Part shown: positions 1 through 22,277 of the stretch, piece after piece | Numbering within the stretch: position 1 is the stretch's first letter | Layout of the letters: each line of letters begins with the position of its first letter | Origin: Eledone cirrhosa | Lineage: Eukaryota | Assembly: GCA_964016885.1 (NCBI GenBank) | Contig: OZ024766.1 | Location: 4,650,001 to 4,714,000 of the forward strand | Reading direction: 5' to 3' | DNA: 64,000 nt | Notes under the pieces: generated by a model | What the model saw: the letters and a program-made list of their open reading frames with translations, nothing else | What the model was told of the DNA's origin: nothing | Database searches by the model: none | Translations under genes and position numbers: made by a program

Positions 1-1636
<1,636 letters not shown>

Positions 1637-1639
1637 CAC

Positions 1640-1725
1640 TGAAAAACTGGAAGATCCTCCTTTTTACTAATGACTGCGCATCTTTCCATAATTGTTCATG
1701 GATGAAGACTCCATTACAGCGCCCC
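1640..1725 (-). CDS. Candidate internal exon of an unidentified host gene ([28 protein letters not shown])
   Basis: Unique island between microsatellites; acceptor ttcttttgaccgtag, donor gtgagt; only one of three frames open. Confidence 0.3.
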
Positions 1726-1763
1726 CTACGGTCAAAAGAACGGCACTTATATTGTGTGTGTGT

Positions 1764-1820
<57 letters not shown>

Positions 1821-1987
1821 TATAATATATATATATATATATATATATACTTATATATATACATATCTAAGTAAATAAATATACATGTGTGTGTGTATAT
1901 CTATATATATATCTATATATATATATATATATATATACATAACGATATATATATGTGTGTGTGTTTATGTATATATATATCTATATA

Positions 1988-2024
<37 letters not shown>

Positions 2025-2114
2025 TTATATATATATATTATATATATAGATATATATAAATATATATAAATATATATATAAATATATATATGTAAATATA
2101 TATGTATATATATG

Positions 2115-2158
<44 letters not shown>

Positions 2159-2192
2159 TATATGCTTCTGTGTTTATATATATATATATATA

Positions 2193-2245
<53 letters not shown>

Positions 2246-2277
2246 CTTATATGTGGGTTTTTGCTTGCATATATAAT

Positions 2278-2311
<34 letters not shown>

Positions 2312-2545
2312 CATGTAACTATATATGAGTGTACGTATATATATATACATATATATATACATATATATATACATATATATATAAATATATATATGTATAT
2401 ATATATGTCTTTGTTTTGGTTTGAAAAGCAAAGTTCAACTTGGCAAATTCTCTATTGTAGCAGCGCCTATAACAAGTGGGTGTGTATATATATGTATATA
2501 TATGCATGTGTGTGTATATATATATATATGTATATATATATATTT

Positions 2546-2643
2546 GAGACTAGAACTGTTGCATTCGTTTGAACTCCTCAGAACATTTCTAATGCATTTA
2601 ACCTAATGAAACAGTTCTAGTTCTGTAGGAGTCATTTCTATAT
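2546..2643. mobile_element. Degenerate family-A HHR fold-back element
   Basis: gactagaactgtt...aatgaaacagttctagttctgta inverted arms homologous to 10775-10878. Confidence 0.6.
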
Positions 2644-2730
2644 AATATATATATATATGTATACACATATATATATATATACACACACATATATATATAT
2701 AAATATATACACATATATATATAAATATAT

Positions 2731-2795
<65 letters not shown>

Positions 2796-2893
2796 CATGT
2801 ATCTTTTCTCTGGAGATATTGAGTACTTTATTCAATTGTGCTTCTTCCCGATCTCCTAGGGAACACTATATTTTGGTTCATATATATATATAT

Positions 2894-2929
<36 letters not shown>

Positions 2930-2930
<1 letters not shown>

Positions 2931-5682
2931 TATAATATATACAGTGTATAATATATTATATAACTGGTGTATAATATATATTATATATAGTGTATATAAT
3001 ATACAGTATATATAGTATATATAATATATATGATATATAGTGTATAATATAGTGTATAATATATAGTATATTTAGTGTATAATGTGTATGATATATAGTA
3101 TATATAGTGTATATAATATATAGTATATATAATATGTTGTATATATAGTGTATAATATATAGTATATATAGTGTATAATATATAGTATATATGGTGTATA
3201 TAATATATAGTATATATAATGTATATAATATATAGTATATATAGTATATTATATATAGTATATATAATATATTATATATATATAGTGTATTATATATAGT
3301 ATATATAATATATTATATATGTATAGTGTATATAATATAGTATATATAATATATTATATATATATAGTGTATATAATATATAGTATATATAATATATATA
3401 TAGTGTATATAATATATAATATATATATAGTGTATATAATATATAGTATATATAATATATTATATATATATAGTGTATATAATATATTGTATATATAATA
3501 TATTGTATATATATATACTGTATATAATATATTGTATATATAATATATTGCATATATATAGTGTGTATATAATATATAGTATATATATATATATAGTGTA
3601 TATAATATATAGTATATATATATATATATAGTGTATATAATATATAGTATATATATATATAGTGTATATAATATATAGTATATATAATATATTGTATATA
3701 TAGTGTATAATATATAGTATATATAATATATTATATATATATAGTGTATATAATATATAGTATATATAATATATATATATAGTGTATATAATATATAGTA
3801 TATATAATATATATATATAGTGTATATAATATATAGTATATATAATATATATATATAGTGTATATAATATATTGTATATATATAGTATATATAGTGTATA
3901 TAATATATAGTATATATAATATATTGTATATATATATATAGTGTATATAATATATTGTATATATATATAATGTATATAATATAGTATATATAGTGTATAA
4001 TATATAGTATATATAGTGTATAATATATAGTATATATAGTGTATAATATATAGTATATAGTATATCATATACATACTATATTATTATATATATTAGATAG
4101 TATATATTATATCTAGTATATAACATATAGTATATAAATACAGTATATATAATATATATTATATCTTGTGTACATTATATCGTATAGTATATATTATATA
4201 ATTATATAATATATATTATATATTGTATATATATTATATAGTATATACAATATATATAGTATATATAAAATACAATATATACTCTACATAATATATATTA
4301 TATGCAATATATATTATATGTAATATATATTTATATACAATATATATTTATATACAATATATATTTATATACAATATATATTTATATACAATATATATTT
4401 ATATACAATATATATTTATATACAATATATATTTATATACAATATATATTTATATATAATATATATTTATATATAATATATATTTATATATATTATATTT
4501 ATATACAATATATATTTATATACAATATATATTTATATAAAATATATATTTATATAAAATATATATTTATATAAAATATATATTTATATACAATATATAT
4601 TTATATACAATATATATTTATATATAATATATATTTATATATAATATATATTTATATATAATATATATTTATATATATTATATTTATATACAATATATAT
4701 TTATATACAATATATATTTATATAAAATATATATTTATATAAAATATATATTTATATAAAATATATATTTATATACAATATATATTTATATACAATATAT
4801 ATTTATATACAATATATATTTATATATAATATATATTTATATATATTATATATTTACATACAATATATATTTATATATAATATATATTTATATACAATAT
4901 ATATTTATATATAATGTATATTTATATACAATATATATTTATATACAATATATATTTATATATAATATATATTTATATACAATATATATTTATATACAAT
5001 ATATATTTATATACAATATATATTTATATATAATATATATTTATATATATTATATTTATATACAATATATATTTATATACAATATATATTTATATATAAT
5101 ATATATTTATATACAATACATATTTATATATAATACATATTTATATATAATACATATTTATATACAATATATATTTATATACAATATATATTTATATATA
5201 ATATATATTTACATACAATATATATTGTATATATAATATATATTCATATACAATATATATTTATATATAATATATATTTATATACAATATATATTTATAT
5301 ATAATATATATTTATATACAATATATATTTATATATAATATATATTTATATACAATATATATTTATATATAATATATATTTATTATATATATAATATATA
5401 TTTATATATAATATATATTTATATATAATATATATTTACATATAATATATATTTATATATAATACATATTTATATACAATATAAATTTATATATAATATA
5501 TGTTTATATATAATATATATTATATATATATTATATATAATATATATTTATATATAATATATATTTATATACAATATATATTTATATACAATATATATTT
5601 ATATACAATATATATTTATATATAATATATATTTATATACAATATATATATATATATAATATATATTTATATATATTATATT
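2930..5682. repeat. AT-rich minisatellites (TATAGTGTATATAATA-type, then ~18-bp ATATATATTTATATACAA-type)
   Basis: Tandem periodicity visible. Confidence 0.9.
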
Positions 5683-5798
5683 GTACGCTCAACCAAATAT
5701 AAGACATTAGACAAAGAATTCAGCCAGTTTAAGAAATTGTTGGTATATTATTTTATTTAACTTTATTAAATACTATATCATCTCGTGGTAATATATAT

Positions 5799-5829
<31 letters not shown>

Positions 5830-5879
5830 CAAATATATATCTTATGTATCAATCCTTTGTGATCCTGTCCCTTTTTTTG

Positions 5880-5985
5880 TACTCCTGAAGAAGGACTAAA
5901 ACCCGACACATCAAACTTTCTTTCCTCTTTTCTATATAAAGCGGGAAACTGCAAGACTTTTTTTACCTCTGTTTTGTTGTTTCCT
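5880..5985 (+). mobile_element. Decayed HHR-bearing fragment related to 12436-12540
   Basis: CTGAAGA-AGGAC...CCC-GACAC (GAAAC mutated), with similar downstream pyrimidine tract and aagcg. Confidence 0.4.
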
Positions 5986-6112
5986 ATATATATATATATA
6001 TACCTATATATATATATATATATCAGCAGATTCATACAGAACCCAGTCATTGAAATGATGACAGTATAATAAACCTTTTAAGGAATTACACCAGTCCAGG
6101 CTCCTGTTTTAA

Positions 6113-7619
6113 TATCTATCTAGGGCGGGTAAAATTCCCGAGATCCATGGACGAGTTCTCTCCAGCGGTCTCTGTCTCTCATTATCGCTGCCATGTCCTG
6201 CGTCTCCAACAGACCAGTGTCTGACCTTAGGGCATCAACATATGTTAACCTTGGTCTTTCTCTTCTAGTGTGTCCATGCAGGGGCTCACACAGGAGCACT
6301 GAGTGCAATGTCAACTCTGGATGTCGGTGAGCATGTCCAGCTAACCTAGTGTGTCTGTTTAGGGGCTCACACAGGAGCACTGAGTGCAGTGTCAACTCTG
6401 GATGTTGGTGAGCATGTCCAGCTAACCTAGTGTGTCCATGTAGGGGCTCTCACAGGAGCACTGAGTGCAGTGTCAACTCTGGATGTCGGTAAACATGTCC
6501 AGCTAACCTAGTGTGTCCATGTAGGGGCTCCCACAGGAGCACTGAGTGCAGTGTCAACTCTGGATGTCGGTGAGCATGTCCAGCTAACCTAGTGTGTCCA
6601 TGTAGGGGCTCCCACAGGAGCACTGAGTGCAGTGTCAACTCTGGATGTCGGTGAGCATGTCCAGCTAACCTAGTGTGTCCATGTAGGGGCTTCCACAGGG
6701 GCACTGAGTGCAGTGTCAACTCTGGATGTCGGTGAGCATGTCCAGCTAACCTAGTGTGTCCATGTAGGGGCTCCCACAGGAGCACTGAGTGCAGTGTCAA
6801 CTCTGGATGTCGGTGAGCATGTCCAGCTAACCTAGTGTGTCCATGTAGGGGCTCCCAAAGGAGTACTGAGTGCAGTGTCAACTCTGGATGTCGGTGAGCA
6901 TGTCCAGCTAACCTAGTGTGTCCATGTAGGGGCTCCCACAGGAGCACTGAGTGCAGTGTCAACTCTGGATGTCGGTGAGCATGTCCAGCTAACCTAGTGT
7001 GTCCATGTAGGGGCTCCCAAAGGAGTACTGAGTGCAGTGTCAACTCTGGATGTCGGTGAGCATGTCCAGCTAACCTAGTGTGTCCGTGTAGGGGCTCCCA
7101 CAGGAGCACTGAGTGCAATGACAACTCTGGATGTCAGTGAGCATGCCCAGCTAACCTAGTGTGTCTGTGTAGGGGCTCCCAAAGGAGTACTGAGTGCAGT
7201 GTCAACTCTGGATGTCGGTGAGCATGTCCAGCTAACCTAGTGTGTCTGTGTAGGGGCTCCCACAGGAGCACTGAGTGCAATGACAACTCTGGATGTCGGT
7301 GAGCATGTCCAGCTAACCTAGTGTGTCCATGTAGGGGCTCCCACAGGAGCACTGAGTGCAGTGTCAACTCTGGATGTCGGTGAGCATGTCCAGCCAACCT
7401 CAGTCTCCTCTGTGTCACTTTTGAGCTGACTTTTGGGAGGCTCCCATACAGCTCTGAGTTTTTCATCCTCAGTGTATACTGATTAATGTTCAGAGCCATC
7501 CTCAGCATTCTCGTGTAGCCCCCATCCACCATCTGAGTGAGTTTCTTGGTCAGTGTCCAAGTCTCAGACCCGTACAGCAGCACAGACTCCACTACAGCAA
7601 CGAAGAGGCGGATTTTCAT
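6113..7619 (-). mobile_element. 5'-truncated RTE-type LINE with internal 14 x 81-bp tandem expansion
   Basis: [24 protein letters not shown]...RRLRLAGH...GRPRLTY..DRDRW C-terminal motifs; (TAGA)n tail; units every 81 bp from 6331 to 7384; several stops. Confidence 0.92.
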
Positions 7620-7651
7620 GTATATATGTGTGTGTGTGTATATGTACATAT

Positions 7652-7826
7652 ATATGTTAAGTATTTCCATAGAAAAGGTAAAGGAAATAAGAGTGCTCTA
7701 TATAGAGTACCGAGCTCTTTAATTATGTAATAAACAGCAGAATATAATTATTCCATTGCGAAAGGTTTCAAGAAACTAGACAATGCTTACAGAAACGTCC
7801 AGCCCGTTCATCAGATGAAATAGTTA
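7652..7826 (-). ncRNA. Family-B type I hammerhead (7745-7826) plus 3' tail
   Basis: taactatttcat-CTGATGA-long stem II-GAAAC-ctttc-GCA-atggaataatta; ~12-bp stem I; cleavage triplet GCA here versus GTA in the copies near 46419 and 47240. Confidence 0.7.
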
Positions 7827-7831
7827 CCTAT

Positions 7832-7917
<86 letters not shown>

Positions 7918-8056
7918 AGATAGATGTACGTGTGTGTGTATATATATATATATAAAAATATATATACATTTATACATTTATATTTATATATATATATATA
8001 TATGTATAGATAGATGTACGTGTGTGTGTATATATATATATAAATATATATACATT

Positions 8057-8094
<38 letters not shown>

Positions 8095-8167
8095 TGTACG
8101 TGTGTGTGTATATATATATATAAAAATATATATACATTTATATATATACATTTATATTTATATATAT

Positions 8168-8527
8168 CATCATCATCATCATCATCATCAGGTTTAGCGT
8201 CCGTGTTCCACGCTTGCATGGGTTTGGACGGGGGTTTTCCCACTTGAGGCAAGAGTGGTTGTCTTGCTCGCATAGGACTGTCTGGCGGGTTTCCTACAGT
8301 TGGATGCCCTTCCTAACACCAACCACATTTACAGTGTGGGGCTGGGAGGTTTTTACCGTGTTGCCTACACGGCCACATTACAGCGTGGACTGTCTGGCGG
8401 GTTTTCTACAGCTGGATGCCCTTCCTAACATCAACCACATTTACAGTGTGGGGCTGGGAGGTTTTTACCGTGTTGCCTACACGGCCACATTTACAGCGTG
8501 GACTGTGTGTTTTTTGTCGTGACACCT
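8168..8527 (-). mobile_element. SINE-like element with (ATG)n tail and internal ~113-bp duplication
   Basis: Homologous to 21471-21706; shares ggtgttaggaagggcatccagctgtag with the CORE SINE. Confidence 0.8.
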
Positions 8528-8820
8528 ACACATATATATATATATATATGTATATATAGATGTACGTGTGTGTGTATATATATATATATAAAAATATATA
8601 TACATTTATATATATACATTTATATTTATATATATATATATATATATGTATAGATAGATGTACGTGTGAGTGTATATATATATATAAAAAAATATATATA
8701 CATTTATATATATATATATACATGTAAATATATATCTGTGTGTGTGTCAATGTGTGTATATATATATGTGTGTATATTATATACATATGTGCGTATATAT
8801 ATATTATATATATATATATA

Positions 8821-9015
8821 TAGGAAAATGTTTGACCCCGACGGCAGAGCTCAAGCCATTTCGACGGCTATTTCTGAACTCAGCTCAAGCCGTCGAAACG
8901 GCTTGAGCTCTGCCGTCGGGGTCAAACTGTTTCCTATTACCCACTCTACTACCCTAAGTATTGAGTACTCTGGTGCATTATGGTCCATCTGGTTCCTTAC
9001 CACAACTCCTTCATT
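8821..9015 (+). mobile_element. Family-C HHR-derived palindromic element
   Basis: Palindrome 8821-8936 containing GAA-ACGGC-loop-GCCGT-C-ggggtc; tail shared with 56081 and 59889 copies. Confidence 0.8.
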
Positions 9016-9022
9016 ATATATT

Positions 9023-9157
9023 TACGGTCCTTGCCATTCTGAGTTTAAATCCCGCTGAGGTTTACTTTGCCTTTCATCCTTACGGGGTCGATAAAATAAA
9101 GTACCCGTAATACACTGGGGTAATCGCTGGCCTTGTGCCAAAAGTAAAAACAATTAT
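9023..9157 (+). mobile_element. Meta-domain-like tRNA SINE, 3' part
   Basis: ctttgcctttcatccttacggggtcgataaaataaagtacc...ggccttgtgccaaaagta-(ATT)n; also at 16062-16162, 46992-47052, 60400-60440. Confidence 0.7.
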
Positions 9158-9183
9158 ATATATATATATACATATATATATAT

Positions 9184-9255
<72 letters not shown>

Positions 9256-9272
9256 ATATATATATATATATT

Positions 9273-9303
<31 letters not shown>

Positions 9304-9307
9304 TTAC

Positions 9308-9366
<59 letters not shown>

Positions 9367-9396
9367 TACATGTAAATATATATATATATACATACA

Positions 9397-9460
9397 CAAG
9401 GGCGGTGCCCCAGCATGGCCTCAGCCGGATGGCTGAAACAGGTAAAAGAGTAAAAGAGTA
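9397..9460 (+). mobile_element. 3' UTR fragment of CR1-type LINE
   Basis: Nearly identical to 37840-37900. Confidence 0.75.
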
Positions 9461-9472
9461 TACATGTAAATA

Positions 9473-9508
<36 letters not shown>

Positions 9509-9512
9509 CATG

Positions 9513-9613
<101 letters not shown>

Positions 9614-9656
9614 GTGTGTGTATATATATATATATGTATATTATATACGTATGTGC

Positions 9657-9693
<37 letters not shown>

Positions 9694-10184
9694 ATATGCA
9701 GATAAATGTGTATTTTGAACACGCGCGCGTTAGCAAATATTCCATTTCGCCCCCACACGCCCACATATTCTCCCACCACACCACACGCACCATTCCGCCA
9801 CACCCCATTATCCTTATAACAACACTCCTCCACCACTGAAGCCCCTACCCCACCACCACATAAACAAACAAACATCCCTCAATCACATGAGGCTATTGCT
9901 ATTATTGTTGTTGTTGTTGTTATTGTATCTCTTCAAAGCCTGGCTTATTATTCACAGACAATAAACATAGCTGACATCACATGACCTGCAGGGGTGGAGT
10001 GGCCGTGGGGGGGCGGGCGGGCGGGCAGCCGACAGCCGTGGTGCTGGTAGTAGTGTTGGTGTTGGCGGGGGAGGTGGTAGTTTTGGGAGTGTTGGTGGTT
10101 GTAGCGTTTATACACAAACACATTCTCACACGGACATACATACATTCATACATATATACATACATATATACATACATATATATA

Positions 10185-10920
<736 letters not shown>

Positions 10921-11298
10921 TATATATACACACATAAATATAGATATATATATACTCATATTTAGAAACAGCCACACACACACATATATATATATCATCA
11001 TCATCATCATCATCATCGTTTAACGTCCATTTTCCACGCTAGCATGGGTTAGACGGGAGTTGTCCCACTTGAGGCAAGGTTGGTCGCTCGATGTTTAGGC
11101 TCACTCTTCTGTGTTGAGGTGTAGAGCTAGACAGAGTGTAATATATTGAAAAGGATGATTTTTCTAGAAGCCCTTTAAACTGTATGTTATTACTCTAAGG
11201 TCCTATACCTTGTTGAGTGCTTGGCTGCACTGCTGAATGCATTCGTCGGCTTAGCTGCAGCTCGGCAGCTCGAGCTTCAAATATGCTGTACTTCCATT

Positions 11299-11356
<58 letters not shown>

Positions 11357-11366
11357 TATATATATA

Positions 11367-12316
11367 CAAGTGTTGATGAGTAGAAAAGAGGACAAAACCC
11401 TGATTCCGTCAGGGAAATGGCCAGGTTCGATATGCAGAAAAGGAACTGGCATAAATTCTATAAAATGCACACAATGTAGGTCCTGGGTACACAAGAGATG
11501 TAGCGGGATAGCAGGCAAACTAACAGGTAGGGAGAAATATGTATGCAGTAGATGTACAGGGAAATTAGACAGTAGAAGTCGCACTGATAGACACATTTTT
11601 CAAATGCAAGAGGGCGCTATAGAAGTGGTGGATAGCTTCCGGTACCTAGGTGATCAGATTAGCATGGGAGGAGGGTGTTCCGAGGCCATAGTATCTGGAA
11701 TAAGAACGGGTTGGAAGAAGTTTAGGGAGCTGCTTCCTCTGTTGACGAAGAAGGGTTTCTCCCTGTATATGAAAGGCCGGTTGTATGATGCCTGTGTGAG
11801 GAGCGCGATGCTGCATGGTAGTGAGACATGGGCAGCAACTGCAGAGGATACGTGAAGGCTGGAGAGAAATGAGGCAAGCATGCTCCGTTGGATGTGCAGT
11901 GTAAATGTGCGTGAACAACCCAGCATGAATGTGTTGAGAGAGAAACTGTGTCTGAGAGGGATAGAATGTAGTGTACGGGAGAGGAGACTGAGGTGGTATG
12001 GACATGTGATGTGTTGAGAAAGAAACTGGGTATAAGAGGGATAGGCTGTGGTGTGTGGGAGAGGAGACTGAGGTGGTATGGACATGTGATGCTCATGGAG
12101 GATGACCGATGGGTGAAGAAGTGCCAGGAAATGCCAGTTGAAGGAAGACGTGGTAGAGGTAGACCACAAAAAACATGGGCGGAGGTGGTGAGAGCAGACC
12201 TCAGATTGCTGAAGCTCACGGTGGAGATGACGAAGGACTGTGACGAGATGCTGTGCTGAATAAGACCCGTCCCACCCTTGCAAGCAGGGAAAAGCAGACG
12301 TAAAATGGTGATGATG
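11367..12316 (+). mobile_element. 5'-truncated RTE-type LINE (post-RT region with PHD-like Cys/His finger)
   Basis: [32 protein letters not shown] motifs; stop at 11853; 80-bp internal duplication; (ATG)n tail. Confidence 0.92.
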
Positions 12317-12374
12317 AAGTCCGATGTTCAATCGCGGGTAACCACGGTAAATAAGGTACTCAATATATTAATAT

Positions 12375-12437
12375 AGAAATGTCGTCCTGACGATTTCTTT
12401 TGAATGAAACATCTCTAATCCTGTAGAAGCCATTTCT
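12375..12437 (+). ncRNA. Type I hammerhead, family A variant
   Basis: agaaatgtcgtc-CTGACGA-TTTC tttt GAAT-GAAACA...TGTA-gaagccatttct. Confidence 0.65.
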
Positions 12438-12470
12438 GATGAAGGACTACTGTCCGAAACGTTAAGGCTC
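12433..12470 (+). ncRNA. Minimal hammerhead, family D (5' stem I truncated)
   Basis: CTGATGA-A-GGAC tact GTCC-GAAACGTTA with palindromic AACGTT stem III. Confidence 0.6.
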
Positions 12471-12544
12471 TCTTCCTGCTATTTCAAGCGTTAAAATAAT
12501 ATATTTCTTCCATGTGCTGTTGTGTTTCTTTTATTATGACTTTA

Positions 12545-20052
<7,508 letters not shown>

Positions 20053-20056
<4 letters not shown>

Positions 20057-20261
20057 TTTTAATATAGATGAGATTCTACAGGACTAGAACTGTTTCATTC
20101 TTCAGAAATCATCAGGAATCTCATGATTCTTGATGATTTCTAAAGAATGAAACAGTTCTAGTCGTGTAGAATCTCATCTATATTAAAACTTTTATACTCT
20201 GCTATGTATTGAGTACCTTACTTACTGTGGTTACCTCCGATTCAACCCGGAATAACTTCAA

Positions 20262-20262
<1 letters not shown>
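20053..20262. mobile_element. Family-A element with two opposed HHRs
   Basis: Intact HHR on minus strand 20068-20124 (9-bp stem I); mutated HHR on plus strand 20125-20180; tail as at 10701. Confidence 0.82.
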
Positions 20263-20324
<62 letters not shown>

Positions 20325-20475
20325 GTGAAAGCAGTGATTCTTTGCTTAAACTTTCATCTGTTATTTTAATAAATATATATTTTTATATATATATATATAT
20401 ATTTTTATATATATATATATATATATATTTGAAACCACTGGTAAATGAAATAATTGCCTTATGTTGTTTATTACA

Positions 20476-20529
<54 letters not shown>

Positions 20530-20543
20530 TGTAATAAACAACA

Positions 20544-20960
20544 TGGGTCTGAGACTTGGACACTGACCAAGAGACTCACTCAGATGGTGGATGGGTGCTA
20601 CACGAGAATGCTGAGGATGGCTCTGAACATTAATCAGTATACACTGAGGATGAAAAACTCAGAGCTGTATGGGAGCATCCCAAAAGTCAGCTCAAAAGTG
20701 ACACAGAGGAGACTGAGGTTGGCTGGACATGCTCACCGACATCCAGAGTTGATATTGCACTCAGTGCTCCTTTGGGAGCCCCTACATGGACACACTAGAA
20801 GAGGAAGACCAAGGTTAACATATGTTGATGCCCTAAGGACAGACACTGGTCTGTTGGAGATGCAGGACATGGCAGCGATAATGAGGGACAGAGACCGCTG
20901 GAGAGAACTCGTCCATGGATCTCGGGAATTTTACCCGCCTTAGATAGATAGATAGATAGA
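20544..20960 (+). mobile_element. 5'-truncated RTE-type LINE 3' end, unexpanded single-unit form
   Basis: ORF 20584-20943 nearly identical to 6113-7619 but with one 81-bp unit; (TAGA)n tail. Confidence 0.92.
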
Positions 20961-20967
20961 TATATAT

Positions 20968-21066
20968 ATATAAAAGACGTAAAATAAAAAAATTATAGTA
21001 ATTAACTTACTTATTTAAGTAAGTTAATTAGTTACTATAATTTTCTTCTTTTAGATCTTTTATATA
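20968..21066. repeat. AT-rich imperfect palindrome
   Basis: aaaattatagtaattaacttactt-attt-aagtaagttaattagttactataatttt. Confidence 0.65.
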
Positions 21067-21205
21067 ATTGTTCTACATCTCTTTGTATTGAACCACAAAG
21101 TTACTAACACAAAACCTATATCTTTGCTAGCGTAAGTGTACATCTGTATAAATGTGTTGGTAGATATACTAATTCTTTATCTATATATATATATCTATAT
21201 ATATA

Positions 21206-21436
21206 GTTATACTTGGGGAGGGTCATATTGTTGTAATAATATTGCCAGAATTAATAACAGACCATACTCACTGTTTGGTTGCTTGTCGCTTCTGTATCTT
21301 TTATATCAGTTAATTTATTCGGTTCGAATAAATTAACTGATATAAAAGATACAGAAGTGACAACCAACCAAACAGTGAGTGTGTTCTGTTATTAATTCTG
21401 GCAATATTATTACAACAATATGACCCTCCCCAAGTA

Positions 21437-21440
<4 letters not shown>
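21206..21440. mobile_element. Inverted pair of Penelope-like 3' termini forming a ~116-bp-arm palindrome
   Basis: Arms end in atgaccctccccaagtataac, like the PLE end at 51170-51190; 3-nt spacer; a few mismatches. Confidence 0.78.
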
Positions 21441-21470
<30 letters not shown>

Positions 21471-21472
<2 letters not shown>

Positions 21473-21706
21473 TGTCACGACAAAAAACACACAGTCCACG
21501 CTGTAATGTGGCCGTGTAGGTAACACGATAAAAACCTCCCAGTCCACACTGTAAACGCGGTTGGTGTTAGGAAGGGCATCCAGCTGTAGAAAACCCGCCA
21601 GACAGTCCTATACGAGCAAGACAACCAATCTTGCCTCAAGTGGGACAACTCCCGTCCAAACCCATGCTAGCGTGGAAGATGGACGTTAAACGATGATGAT
21701 GATGAT
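21471..21706 (+). mobile_element. SINE-like element with (ATG)n tail
   Basis: Copies at 8168-8527 and 52358-52404. Confidence 0.75.
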
Positions 21707-21722
21707 ATATATATATATATAT

Positions 21723-22069
21723 GGAGGCACATGGCTTAGTGGTTAGAGCATTGGCCTTGCAATCGAAAGGTTGTGAGTTCAATTCTCAGACCGGGTGATG
21801 TGTTGTTTCCTTGATCAAGGCACTTTATTTCACATTGCTCCAGTTTACTCAGCTGTAGAAATGAAATGATAGGGACTGGGGTCCCTATCATTCCACTGCA
21901 AAGTAGTCGTGGAGGTGCCACGGCAAAAAAGCACCCAGCACTCACTGTAAATGAGGTTGGTGTTAGGAAGGGCATCCAGCTGTAGAAATCAAGCCAGGAT
22001 CAGTTCCCATCCCACCCTTGCAAGCAGGGAAAAGCAGACGTAAAATGAAATGATGATGATGAAATGATG

Positions 22070-22070
<1 letters not shown>
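21723..22070 (+). mobile_element. Full-length tRNA-derived CORE-type SINE with RTE-shared 3' tail
   Basis: A box TGGCTTAGTGG, B box GTTCAATTC, CORE-like ccttgatcaaggcacttt...cagctgtagaaatg, tail matching LINE 12266-12316. Confidence 0.9.
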
Positions 22071-22103
<33 letters not shown>

Positions 22104-22115
22104 GTATGTATATAG

Positions 22116-22148
<33 letters not shown>

Positions 22149-22277
22149 GTTAACTGTGGATTGTAATGTGGGCTGTGACAATCTCAGACCCTCATCTAAC
22201 CACAAAAACCACAAAGGACCAATTATCAACCTCCAACATTTCACACTGCCCACATCAATTACTGATTAACCATAAAA

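Noticed and set aside
6267-7400. Regular repeats resembling a CRISPR array (also 28290-28930, 43235-44021, 62714-63440)
   Set aside because: No unique spacers, no cas genes, eukaryotic context; units are contiguous and several derive from TEs
21723-21795. tRNA gene
   Set aside because: SINE head continuing into a CORE-like body in four copies; no terminator
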